Assembly: GCF_902713615.1 (NCBI RefSeq)
Contig: NC_052154.1
Location: 92,015,030-92,079,029, forward strand
Reading direction: 5' to 3'
DNA: 64,000 nt
Source of the DNA: Scyliorhinus canicula
Lineage: Eukaryota
Part shown: piece by piece, positions 26,125 to 37,629 of the stretch
How the letters are laid out: every line of letters begins with the position of its first letter
How positions within the stretch are numbered: the first letter of the stretch is position 1
Notes under the pieces: generated by a model
What the model saw: the letters and a program-made list of their open reading frames with translations, nothing else
Told to the model about the DNA's origin: nothing
The model's database searches: none
Position numbers and translations under genes: made by a program

Positions 26125-26322
26125 CAGTGGCGGCCCTAGGGTTGCTGGCGCCCCGGGCAAGCTGAACTTCGGCGCCCTTGGGGGGGGGGGGCGGAGCGGG
26201 GCGGGGGGGGCGGGGGGGGGGGGGGAGCGGGGCTGGGGCGGGGGGGAGCGGGGCTGGGGCGGGGGGGAGCGGGGCTGGGGGGGGAGGAGCGGGGCCGGGG
26301 CCGGGGGGGGGGGGGGGGCGGG
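26125..26322 (+). repeat. MITE-like head (CAGTGGCGGCCCTAGG) followed by a G-rich 21-bp minisatellite
   Basis: gagcggggctggggcgggggg x3 plus degenerate copies. Many runs of four or more G. Confidence 0.6.
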
Positions 26323-27292
26323 GTATTCAACATTATCTCAGCCAATGGGTTAATACAACAATTACGGGCATTTCCACAGCAATAGTGTGGAATACTTTAA
26401 ACCTTGTTCGATTAGACAAGGAGAGAATAATTAGACAGTGATAACAAATCAGCCTCGACAGTTGCCGTGGGAACAACGTGTTTAGCTGGTCCTTATTTCG
26501 GAAGAATTAAAAATTCTTCAACAATGATTTCAATGATTCTCTTTATAAATATATTTCACCTTTAGCTTGAATTGAACGGAATGACGCCAGCTGTCAATGT
26601 CGGCTGTACTGCTACATTTTTTATTTAATAGAAAAGGTTCAGCAAGCCAACCATCACGAACTGTTGCAGTTGTTGGCAGAAATATGTTGGTTAGTCAATG
26701 TCCTGATTCTCTAGCGCGACAGGTACAACAGAGCATGAATGACTCAAATTCTTTCAAGCAAAACGGCTTTTGTCCTTTCCGACTGCTTGGGTGGCTGACT
26801 GTTAAAATCCACTTCATCTGATCAAAAAAAAACTTTCAAAAGTGGGCCGTTAAGATGCATGCAGAATCGCAGAGTAACGCGGGGGGAAAAAAACTGAAGG
26901 ACGTAGACAGAGCAAAAGATAAGAAACTGATTTTTCCTCTGACAACTTCGCCAGAAATCTACGTTATGTTCTGCGTATTCTGCGTTATCTATACTACCGG
27001 CTGCGTTGAGGCGGCAGCTAATTAAATGTTCATTCAGTGATTTCTTCCAATGTAAACGTGTTTGACCTCATTTGCGACTCCCCCACTTTGCTGAAGTTTA
27101 CTGTTCTCAGAGTTAAACGATTAATAGGTCAATAATGTCTCGCAAATTTGAGTTTATAATCTAGGCTGCCATGTCAATGTAACAGTGTAAAATGGTGCAT
27201 GGCTAGTTCTTACGTAATTATGACATTTGCGGTTGCCCTATAATGGCAAATAATCCCAGCACTGCGGAATTCTTCCACAGCCCTGATCAATA

Positions 27293-27298
27293 TTTATT
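27293..27298 (-). promoter_or_regulatory. Candidate polyadenylation signal AATAAA of the Ig receptor gene
   Basis: tttatt on + is AATAAA on -, ~165 nt after the stop codon. A second candidate lies at 26620-26625. Confidence 0.45.
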
Positions 27299-27463
27299 TC
27301 TGATCCCAAGATACTGCAGCAGTTACATAATCATTAATTTTAATTGTTGCCTGTCGTATATTGATGTATTGAATTTGTTTGCCTCTATTATAGAGTTCTC
27401 GACTATGGTCCGGTAGTTAGATATATGTATCACTAAATGAGGCTGCTGCTTCGTTCACCGCCA

Positions 27464-27631
27464 TTACTTGGCTTTTCTTTGCATATAAGCTACACTTGTT
27501 CTTCGTTTTTCCATCCGAATCTGAGCGTATTCTGTACTATTATCCTGATTATTAGCCATTTCTGGTTTCCTTGAGCCTGTCATGTCGAGAGCAGCGTATG
27601 TAACCGCCTTATCCAGTGGATTGGTCTTCGT
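27464..27631 (-). CDS. Exon 6, cytoplasmic tail with ITIM and ITSM, stop codon
   Basis: Acceptor tttttacag|ACG, phase 0. Encodes TKTNPLDKAVTYAALDMTGSRKPEMANNQDNSTEYAQIRMEKRRTSVAYMQRKAK*. ITIM VTYAAL is at 27587-27604 and ITSM TEYAQI at 27518-27535. Confidence 0.85.
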   Translation of the reverse strand, partial: TKTNPLDKAVTYAALDMTGSRKPEMANNQDNSTEYAQIRMEKRRTSVAYMQRKAK

Positions 27632-29120
27632 CTGTAAAAACAATGTTGGTACTTTCATTAGTTCAAGATTTTTTCTTGATTGTAGTCTAGTGTCAATCAG
27701 ATCTATTAAAATAGACAAAGGAGAACAGATTTTGTGCAGATACAAACGTTTACCACAACAGCATTCAAAGCATTCCATGCACTACGCCCATTTTTTTCAT
27801 GATTACAGTTAAATGGTGCCTCTCTGTTCCCCTTCTCATACCCATCTGAGCATGAACTATCCCTTTTATAGGCTTCGCTTTTGGGGCATTTTGGAAATTA
27901 GTAATGTTCCGTGTAGTATAAAGCACCATCATACTCCTTGTTTTGTGCATCGGTTGAACGAATCAAAAATAAGCACTTATGGAATAAATATCCACCTGTA
28001 TCTATGCTCATTTTTCTCCCTTCTACGTTGAACTCTGACGTTTTATACAGGTAGAAGAACAATGTTCACGGAAAGAAATGCCAGACCAGACATTCTGGAA
28101 CACATTTACTGGAAGGCTGTCAGAATCGAAGAAACAAGAGCAGGAGTAAACAATTTGGCCCTTGCAGCCCACTACTCTGTTGAATAATTTCCATAGGAAT
28201 GTACACATTCTTAAGTCATATCCATATCTCTTAATATCCCCAAATCCTCTGCCGTATCCATTGAGTGTGTTCAACGACAGAGCATGCACAGCCTATTGTA
28301 TCGGCAATTCAAACATTTCCAAAACCATTGAGTAATAAACATACTCCTCATCTCAGTTCTAGCAATTGTTATTCTGAAAATGTGAACAACTGGACGATCC
28401 AGCCCAGAATCAAATATTTGAAGCTCCTTCACAACAATATATGATTCAACTAGATCACGTTTAGCCTTTAAATCTCTGGAGAATTGCCGGCCTATTTCAC
28501 ACAATAATGCCAAGCATTGTAATCCAATTGTTGTAAGAAGCAATTTTGTGAACATTAATTGCACTTGAACAATGAAAAGTATGCCGTTCAATAGGCACAT
28601 TGTACAGGACTCGCACAATACTAAAAATATTTTATGCAATGTGGACTCCATCTGGATGTTAGATAGCACGCTGCCATAGCCCTCTAAGGAAAAGGATATG
28701 CAATTTACTTCCATCCACCCTACCAAAGGATTGTACGGATAAATGTAGAATGCTTGTTGTCACAAATTGTGCTTCGTAACCAGAATAACTCTTTCTGTTC
28801 TGTGTCTTATTGTTGCTTCATGACAACTGTAATCTCAAACAAGAGGCGGTGTATCATAGAAGTCGGCGAGTTAATGCAAAAAAACAAAAGTTCCATCTAT
28901 TACAATATGTGGGGAACGGCCGACAAGTATTTCACATTTTCAAGTGAAATTCTCCGTGACTGCTTAACTCGGATCCCCAGCATATATGTAACAGTGCCAC
29001 CCACGGGAATGCAAGCAAAATATTAAGATTATGTCAAATACCGAACTGGGTAATGCAATGATGGTGGAGACAAATGAAAGGAACATCAAATTCGTGTTTC
29101 TTGACTGCCCGTGTTCTTAA

Positions 29121-29475
29121 CATAGAACATAGAACAGTACAGCACAGAACAGGCCCTTTGGCCCTCAATGTTGTGCCGAGCCATGATCACCCTACTCAAA
29201 CCCACGTATCCACCCTATACCCGTAACCCGTAACCCAACAACCCCCCCCTTAACCTTACTTTTTATTAGGACACTACGGGCAATTTAGCATGGCCAATCC
29301 ACCTAACCCGCACATCTTTGGACTGTGGGAGGAAACCGGAGCACCCGGAGGAAACCCACGCACACAGGGGGAGGACGTGCAGACTCCACACAGACAGTGA
29401 CCCAGCCGGGAATCGAACCTGGGACCCTGGAGCTGTGAAGCATTTATGCTAACCACCATGCTACCCTGCTGCCCC
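29121..29475 (-). mobile_element. HE1-type V-SINE, young full-length copy in intron 5
   Basis: Reverse complement is nearly identical to 6268-6630. Confidence 0.93.
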
Positions 29476-30173
29476 TTGCAGCTAACGTTGCAGAAAATGT
29501 GACATTTTAACAGCTCAATGTTTGTTTCCGTGTGGATCAACAGCGTCGCCAGCAGATGGCTTTACGAAGAACATTTTATTAATTATTTGGATATCGATGA
29601 AAATGTGTATTGCAGCTTGAACTAATAGTTCATACTGGATTTTAAAGGAACCTCTGATGCTTTGTCATAACGAAAAACTGTGGTGCGGATTTGGGTTAAA
29701 GCCGTAGCAGGGTGGCTAAGGAAGACAGCCTAATTGCCTCAGGAGCAGTCGTAATTTGTTTGCGAACCTCCAACAGCCCCGTTGACATTTATAACCTCAG
29801 ATTTTATTGACAGAGTTTGGAAACTGAATATAACATGTCAAGCTACGATGGCAAGACATGCACTGCTGCATTCTGGATCCATTTCAGGTTTGGATAATGA
29901 GAATAAATGGTCGACTGAGAGAGATTTACTCATGCATTGGAGGTACGTTTATTTCGTATGTTAACGACCAGAACATCACAGTTGCAATTAATTTACCACT
30001 GACTATTGATATGCTATGTTATCGTGCGTCTGTTGAACTCCCACTGAATTCAATCTCTCTCATTGTGTTTAAATCTTCTGTGGGACGGTACAAAATGCGA
30101 ACATTGTTGGAATAAATCGATTTAAGTTTGTCTAAACTCAAATTTATGATTGAAATAAATGATGGAAACGTAC

Positions 30174-30205
30174 CTCCGGATCAGGATAGTCATTTACTTG
30201 CACTC
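30174..30205 (-). CDS. Exon 5, short cytoplasmic exon
   Basis: Acceptor ctacttttccag|GA and donor GGAG|gtacgt; 32 nt. Converts phase 1 to phase 0 exactly as needed to join the TM exon to the last exon. Encodes (G)VQVNDYPDPE. Confidence 0.72.
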
Positions 30206-30589
30206 CTGGAAAAGTAGAGGGTTTAACATTAAGCTTTTTACAGCTGGTAAACTCAATATATATCACAACAATCCAGATATCACAATTTTTCAAGGAACTG
30301 CTTGGAATCTGGCATATTTTGACATTGGGGAAATATATTGGCAAATGGATTATTCTGATGGCAGACGAACAACGTCAGTCAGATTGACAAATCTTTGGGA
30401 CATGTTCCAAAATGATATAAACTAGCAGAAACTGACATGATACTTTCTCTTCCCTTCGTGTGACGACATAGATGTTCAACAATGTTTAAGTCACTGTGTG
30501 GAAACCAAACGTGTGTTTTAAATTTCACATGCCGTCAGCTAATGTCTAATGGGAGAAATCCCTTGAGCACTGTTATTTAGACATTTTTA

Positions 30590-31340
30590 GAAGAATGAAG
30601 TGTAAAGATCTCCAAATATGCAGATGATACAATGTTGGTTGGGAGGATAAGCTGTGAGGAGGATGCAGAGATACTTCAGCAGAATTTGGACAGGCTGAGC
30701 GAATGGACACATGCATGGCAGATGCCGTATAATGTAGATGAATGTGCTGTTTTGCGACTAGGTAGCAAAGAGAGCAAAACAGATTATTATTTGAATGGGT
30801 GTAAATCGAGAGAGGTAGATACTCAGTGATAACTGGGTGTCCTAATGCATCAGTCACTGAATATAAACGCACAGGTGCAGCAGGCAGTAAAGAAGGCAAA
30901 TAGCATGTTGGCCTTCATAGCGGCGGGTTTAGAGTAAAGGAATATAGGTTGTTTTCTGCAATTGTATAGCCCTGTGTAGGGGCTGGTTTAGCACACTGGG
31001 CTAAATCGCTGGCTTTTAAAGCAGACCAAGGCAGGCCAGCAGCACTGTTCAATTCCCGTACCAGCCTCCCCGAACAGGCGCCGGAATGTGGCGACTAAGG
31101 GCTTTTCACAGTAACTTCATTTGAAGCCTACTCGTGACAATAAACGATTTTCATTTTCACTTATCAATGTATTGGTGAAGCCACACCTGAAGTTCTGTGT
31201 GTCGTTCTGGTGTCCTTAACTGAGGAAAGTTGTTCTTACTGTGGAGAGAGCGCATCGAACGTTTACCAGGCTGACTCCTGGGATGTCGGACTGTCATATG
31301 GCGAGAGATTAAATCAGTTAGGATTATATTAATTGACGTT
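30590..31340 (+). mobile_element. Old CR1 RT fragment with a second-family tRNA SINE inserted at ~30976-31160
   Basis: KYADDTMLVG..SCEEDAEILQQNLDRL. The SINE reads ggggctggtttagcacactgggcta...gcctactcgtgacaataa..(tttca)n. Confidence 0.8.
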
Positions 31341-31342
31341 TA

Positions 31343-31524
31343 TGAAAATGAAATGAAATGAAAATCGCTTATGGCCACGAGTAGGCTTCAATGATGTTAC
31401 TGTGAAAAGCCCCTAGTATCCACATTCCGGCGCCTGTCAGGGAGGCTGGTACGGGAATCGAACCGTGCTGTTAGCCTGCTTGGTCTGCTTTAAAAGCCAG
31501 CGATTAGCCCTGTGAGCTAAACCA
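31343..31524 (-). mobile_element. Second-family tRNA SINE
   Basis: Reverse complement of the 30976-31160 family. (gaaat)n tail. Confidence 0.8.
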
Positions 31525-34500
31525 ATCAGCAGTTGCTGGGAGAAATTTAACTCTTTGTGTGTTGGTGAGTTTTGTGATTGGTAAGTACAATCTTTATTCC
31601 TTTCACTTATTTATTATTTGATACTATATTTGTAATCAGTTAAGGTAAAGGGTAAAAATAGCAGGAGATCCCAGACCTGTGTTATGCTCCTCGTGCACAA
31701 TGTGGGAGTTCAGGGACCTGGCCGATGCCCCTGACTTCTTCATGTGCGGGAAGTGTGTCCAGCTGCAGCTCCTGTTAGACCGCATGACGGCTCTGGAGCT
31801 GCGGATGGACTCACTTTGGAGCATCCGCGATGCTGAGGAGGTCGTGGATAGCACGTTCAGTGGGTTGGTGAGAAAACTGCAGATTTAGATTGGTGACGGA
31901 GACAGGGAATGGGTGACCAAAAGGCAGAGAAAGAGCAGGAAGGCAGTGCAGGTGTCCCCTGCGGTCATCTCCCTCCAAAACAGGTATACCGTTTTGGATA
32001 CTGTTGGGGGAGATGTCTCACCACGGGAAGGCAGTAGTAGCCAGGCTCATGGCACCGTGGCTAGCTCTGCTAAATAGAAGGGCGGGAAAAAGACTGGCAG
32101 AGCTATAGTCATAGGGGATTCAATTGTAAGGGGCAGTAGGCAGGCGTTTCTGTGATCGGAAACGAGACTCCCGAATGGTATGTTGCCTCCCGGGTGCTCG
32201 GGTCAGGGATGACTCCGGTCGGCTGCAGGACATACTGAAGGGGGAGGGTGAACAGCCAGTTGTCGTGGTGCATACAGGCACCAACGATATAGGTAAAAAA
32301 AAGGGATGAGGTCCTACAATCAGAATTTAGGGAGTTTGGAGATAAGTTAAAAAGTAGGACCTCAAAGGTAGTAATCTCAGGATTGCTACCAGTGCCACGG
32401 GACAGTCAGAGTAGAAATTCAAGAATAGTAAGAATGAATACGTGGCTTGTGAGATGGTGCAGGAGGGAGGGGTTCAGATTTTTGGGACATTGGAACCGTT
32501 TCTGGGGGCGGTGGGACAATTACAAAACGGATGGTTTACACCTGGGCAGGACTGGAACCAATGTCCTAGGGGGTGCTTTTGCTAACACTGTTGGGGAGGC
32601 TTTAAACTAATGTGGCAGGGGGATGGGAACCAGATTAGGAAGTTAGAGGTCAGTAAAGAGGCAGCAACTAAAGTCAGTAAGGTACAAGACAATAAACTCA
32701 ATGTGACTAAGGGGAAGAGTAGACAGGGAAGAGATGATGAACGCAAAGGTGGTCTGAGGTGCATTTGTTTTAATGCGAGAAGTGTAGCAGGTAAGGCAGT
32801 TGAACTTAGGGCTTGGATCAGTACCTGGGAATATGATGCTATTGGTATTACTGAGACTTGGATGAGGGAAGGGCAGGACTGGCAACTGAATATCCCAGGG
32901 TATAGATGCTTCAGGAGGGATAGAGAGGGAGGTAGAAGGGGTGGATGAGTTGCATTACTTGTCAGAGATGATATCACAGCTGTGATTAAGGAGGGCACGA
33001 TGGAGGATTCGAGCACTGAGGCAATATGGGTGGATCTGAGAAATAGGAAGGGTGCAGTAACATTGTTGGGACTTTACTACAGGCCTTCCAAAAGCGAGCA
33101 TGAAGTAGAGGTACAAATATGCAGACAGATTATAGAAAAATGTAGGAGCAATAGGGTGGTTGTGATGGGAGATTTTAACTTCCCCAACATTGAATGGGAT
33201 TCGTGTAGTGTTGGAGGCGTAGATGGAACAGAGTTTGTAAGGAGCATCCAGGAGAGTTTTTAGAGCAGTATGTAAATAGTCCAAATCGGGAAGGGGCCAT
33301 ACTGGACCTGGTATTGGGGAATGATCCCGGCCAGGTGGTTGATGTTTCAGTCGGTGATTACTTTGGGAATAGCAATCACAATTCCGTAAGTTTTAGAATA
33401 CTCATGGACAAGGACTGGAGGGGTCCGAAAGGAAGAGTGCTAAAATGGGGAAAGGCAGAGTATAACAAAATTCGGCAGGAGCTAGGGAATGTGGATTGGG
33501 AGCAGCTGTTTAAGGGGAAATCCACAATTGAAATGTGGAAGTCTTTTAAGGAAAGGTTGATTAGAGTGCAGGACAGACATGTTCCTGTGAAAATGAAAGA
33601 TAGAAATGGAAAGATTAGGGAACCATGGATGACGGGTGAAATTGTGAGACTAGCTAAAATGAAAAAGGAAGCATACATAGGATCGAGGCAACTCAAAACT
33701 GATGAAGCTTTGGAGGAATATCGGGAAAGTAGGACGAATCTCAATCACGCAATAAAGAGGGCTAAAAGGGGTCATGAAATATCTTTGGCTAACAGGGTTA
33801 AGGAAAATCCCAAAGCATTTTATTCGTATGTAAGGAGCAAGAGGGTAACTAGAGAAAGGATTGGCCCACTTAAAGACAAAAGAGGAAATTTATGCGTGGA
33901 CTCAGAGGAAATGGGTGAGATTCTTAATGAGTACTTTGCATCGGTATTCACAAAGGAGAGGGGCAAGACGGATGTTGAGGCTCGGGATGGATGTTTAAAT
34001 ACTCTCGGTCAAGTTGTCATACGGAAGGGGGAAGTTTTGGATATTCTAAAAGACATTAGGGTGGACAAGTCCCCAGGACCGGATGGGATCTATCTCAGGT
34101 TTCTGACGGAAGCGAGGGATCGAAATAGCTGGGGCCTTAACAGATATCTTTGCAGCATCCTTGAGCACGGGTGAGGTCCCGGAGAACTGGAGAATTGCTA
34201 ATGTTGTCCGTTGTTTAAGGAAGGGTAGCAGGGATAATCTAGGGAATTATAGACCTGTGAGCTTGACATCAGTGGCAGGCAAACTGTTGGAGAAGATACT
34301 GAGGGACAGGATCTATTCACATCAGGAAGAAAATAGACTTATCAGTGATAGGCAGCATGGTTTTGTGCAGGTTGGGTCATTTCTTACAAACCTAATAGAA
34401 TTCTTTGAGGAAGTGACAAAGTTAATTGATGAGGGAAGGGCTGTAGATGTTGTATACATGGACTTTAGTAAGGCGTTTGATAAGGTTTCCCATGGCAGGT

Positions 34501-35650
34501 TGATGGAAAAAGTGAAGTCGTATGGAGTTCTGTGTGTACTAGCTAGATGGATAAAGAACTGGCTGGGCAACAGAAGACAGAGAGTAGTGGTGGAAGGGAG
34601 TGTCTCAAAATAGAGAAGGGTGACTAGTGGTGTTCCACAGGGATCAGTGCTCGGACCACTGTTGTTTGTGATCTACATAAATGACCTGGAGGAAGGTATA
34701 GGTGGTCTGATTAGCAAGTTTGCAGATGATAAGAAGATTGGTGGAGTTGCAGATAGCGAGGAGGACTGTCAGAGAATACAACAAAATATAGATAGATTGG
34801 AGAGTTGGGCAGAGAAATGGCAGATGGAGTTCAATCCAGGCAAATGTGAGGTGATGCATTTTGGAAGATCAAATTCAAGAGCGGACTATATTGTCAATGG
34901 AAGGGTCTTGGGGATTTGATGTGCAGAGTGATCTGGGAGTTCAGGTCCATTGTACCCTGCAGGTGGCAACGCAGGTTGATAGAGTGGTCAAGAAGGTATA
35001 CAGCATGCTTGCCTTCAGCGGACGGGGTATTGAGTACAAGAGTTGGCAGGTCATGTTACAGTTGTATAGGACTTTGGTTCGGCCACATTTGGAATACTGC
35101 GTGCAGTTCTGGTCGCCACATTACCAGAAGGATGTGGACGCCTTGGAGAGGGTGCAGAGCAGGTTCACCAGGATGTTGCCTGGTATGGAAGGTGCTAGCT
35201 ATGAAGAAAGGTTGAGTAGATTAGGATTGTTTTCGTTGGAAAGACGGAGGTTGAGGGGGGACCTGATTGAGGTCTACACAATTATGAGAGGTATGGACAG
35301 GGTGGATAGCAACAAGCTTTTCCCAAGAGTTGGGGTGTCAGTTACAAGGGGTCACGATTTCAAAGTCAGAGGGGGAAAGTTTAAGGGAGATGTGCATGGA
35401 AAGGTTTTTACGCAGAGGGTGGTGGGTGCCTGGAACGCCTTACCAGCGGACGTGGTAGAGGCTGGCACGATAGCATCATTTAAGAAGCATCTAGACAGGT
35501 ATATGAATGGGCGGGAACAGAGGGAAGTACACCTTGGAAAATAGGAGTCAGGTTTAGATAAAGGATCTGGATCGGCGCAGGCTGGGAGGGCCGAAGGGCC
35601 TGTTCCTGTGCTGTAATTTTCTTTGTTCTTTGTTCTTTGTTCTTTGTTCT
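31525..35650 (+). mobile_element. Near full-length CR1 LINE (ORF1 plus ORF2 with frameshifts and stops) in intron 4, antisense to the host gene
   Basis: ORF1 LCSSC...CGKCVQLQLL and esterase. EN CICFNARS...LYYRP...GDFNFP. RT QHGF...DFSKAFDKV...[10 protein letters not shown]...FADD. (tttgttc)n tail. Confidence 0.94.
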
Positions 35651-35654
35651 AGAA

Positions 35655-36045
35655 GAGTGAGAGGGAATCTCAGACAAATTTACAAATTTCTATGAGTATT
35701 AGACAAGGTAGATTCAGAAAAAATGTTCGTGATAGCAGTCAACTGCAGAACTAGAGGTCATAGTTTGAAGATAAGGGTTAAAACTTTTATTACTGAGGTG
35801 AGGAGAAATTTCTTCACCGAGAGAGTGGTGAATCTCGGAATTTGCTGTTATAGAAAATAATTGAGGCGAAATCGTTGTGTAATTTCAATTAGAAATTAGC
35901 TATAGCTCTTGGGGCCTATATATAAGGAAAATGGGAGGTTGGCAGGATCAGAGTCTTAAACTTGATGATCAGCCTTGATTGTGACGAATTGTGGAACAGG
36001 CTGGAAGAGCGAATGGCCTCCTCCTGCTTCTACTTTCTTTGTTCC
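35655..36045 (+). mobile_element. Old CR1 3' fragment
   Basis: actagaggtcatagtttgaagataaggg...gaggtgaggagaaatttcttcac...gaatggcctcctcctgctt. Confidence 0.65.
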
Positions 36046-36064
36046 TATGTAAACTATGTCTCAC

Positions 36065-36175
36065 CTTCTGTTTTTGTTGATATGTATCGCTTCATATTGA
36101 TGATACCCAGCACCAATGATAGCAATCCACCAAAAGCAGCAGCAGAAATCAGCAAGTAATGGGTGGTCGCAGTAT
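36065..36175 (-). CDS. Exon 4, transmembrane segment
   Basis: Acceptor aatcctgcag|AT and donor GAAG|gtgaga; 111 nt, phase 1-1. Encodes (D)TATTHYLLISAAAFGGLLSLVLGIINMKRYISTKTE, an uncharged hydrophobic stretch followed by KR stop-transfer. Confidence 0.85.
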
Positions 36176-37629
36176 CTGCAGGATTTAAATGAAATACAGA
36201 ATCGAGGTTCACATCTGTCCAGTTAAAAAATAACTTGCCCTCCAATCCATCTCAGATTGTGAACGTTATGGCATGTAAATTCCTCAGCGTGGTAACCTCC
36301 AGTGGATTTCCACACTCGACAGGTTTTCCCGCGCTGTGATTCTAAAGCGGGCGTTCGGCCAAACCTTCCCTCTCAAGCCGTGGAAGAAAGGAGCAGCGAA
36401 ATTAGCTGGATGCAACGGCATGGAATAACTGGGATGCAAAGAGCTAAGAAATGCCGCCGTTTAACGGGACTAACTGTCTTTAAGGGCGCATATGTTTTGG
36501 GTGGGACGGGGAAGGCACAGGTCAGAAGAGAGAGCCACCTCCACTGGGAGGGGTGGCCAGTGGAGGTAGGGCTGAGGTCGAATCGGTGTAGGGGGTCGGA
36601 CCGGAGGTGGGACAGTTCAGAAGAGAAGGGTAGGGCCTGAGTCAGTGCGCGAAGGGTATGTCGGATCGGAGAATGAGGAGGCGGGGTATTGTGTCAGAGG
36701 GGAAAGTTTAGGGACCCATAGGGGGAGGTGGTCATGCAGGACCGGGGGAGTTCACTTTGGGGGCGGAGTTCATCTTTTAGGCGGGGGCAAATACCGGCGG
36801 CAAAGGGGTGGCTAGTTCAGGAAGGGATGGGGTAGTCCGGGATCCGGAGGATCAATTGCTCCTCAAAGAGCATCACTTGTTGACAGTGAACAAAGCTCTG
36901 CCACTGATATTGGCCCTTATGAAACCATGCTCCTCTCTGCCCCCTCCATGAATATACTTCTGACGCCGTAAATTGATGACCATCCCACCTTTGCATGACG
37001 CATTTTCTGTTGACAGCAATCATTAATAACCATAACCATAAACCCCTTTGTATGCCGGGGCCGCAAGTTTCAAACTGGACAACTATGCGTCGCCGAACAC
37101 CTGCCGGATGAAAATGTACCACTACCACGTGTTCTAGTAGGATATGAGGATCAGCACACATTGTAACTGTAGTCATGCAAGTCAGAACACCGCCCACACA
37201 CTGCAGTTAAGTACGAAGAGCTCCAGTTCATGCAACATAATAACATTCACAATTTATTAGCTGAATCCATTGAATTGATGTTAACCTCGGTATTGAATAG
37301 TAACTGTTTCCCGCGCCATATAGCATCAGACGTCGCTTGCATTTTGATGTACATTTTAAAGATTTATAAATCAAGGAAATAAAAAAATATGCACCAAGCT
37401 TAATTTCTATTCAAACATTCACGCACTAGTCCAGTACACGAGTTGAATATCAACGTGATTGCGTCCGGTTTTTCTTGCAACAGAGCTGCAGTGTAAGTCG
37501 GCAGCAGTTACCTTTTGTGTTAATATCAAATAAGAACGAAAGGTCACAGGCCGACTTAAATTTAATCGATTCACTACATAATGTTTATTGTTCTGTTTTT
37601 TAAAAAGCAAACAACATAAATCATGTTGC

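Noticed and set aside
26117-26441. Gly- or Pro-rich ORFs on both strands
   Set aside because: These are by-products of the G-rich minisatellite, which lacks stop codons.
28345-28373. Possible 29-nt cassette exon on minus (ttcacattttcag|AATAAC...GAGGA|gtatgt) that would add NNNC* and delete the ITIM/ITSM
   Set aside because: Splice-like sites of this quality occur by chance in AT-rich introns, and there is no transcript evidence. Worth revisiting only if RNA-seq shows the junction.
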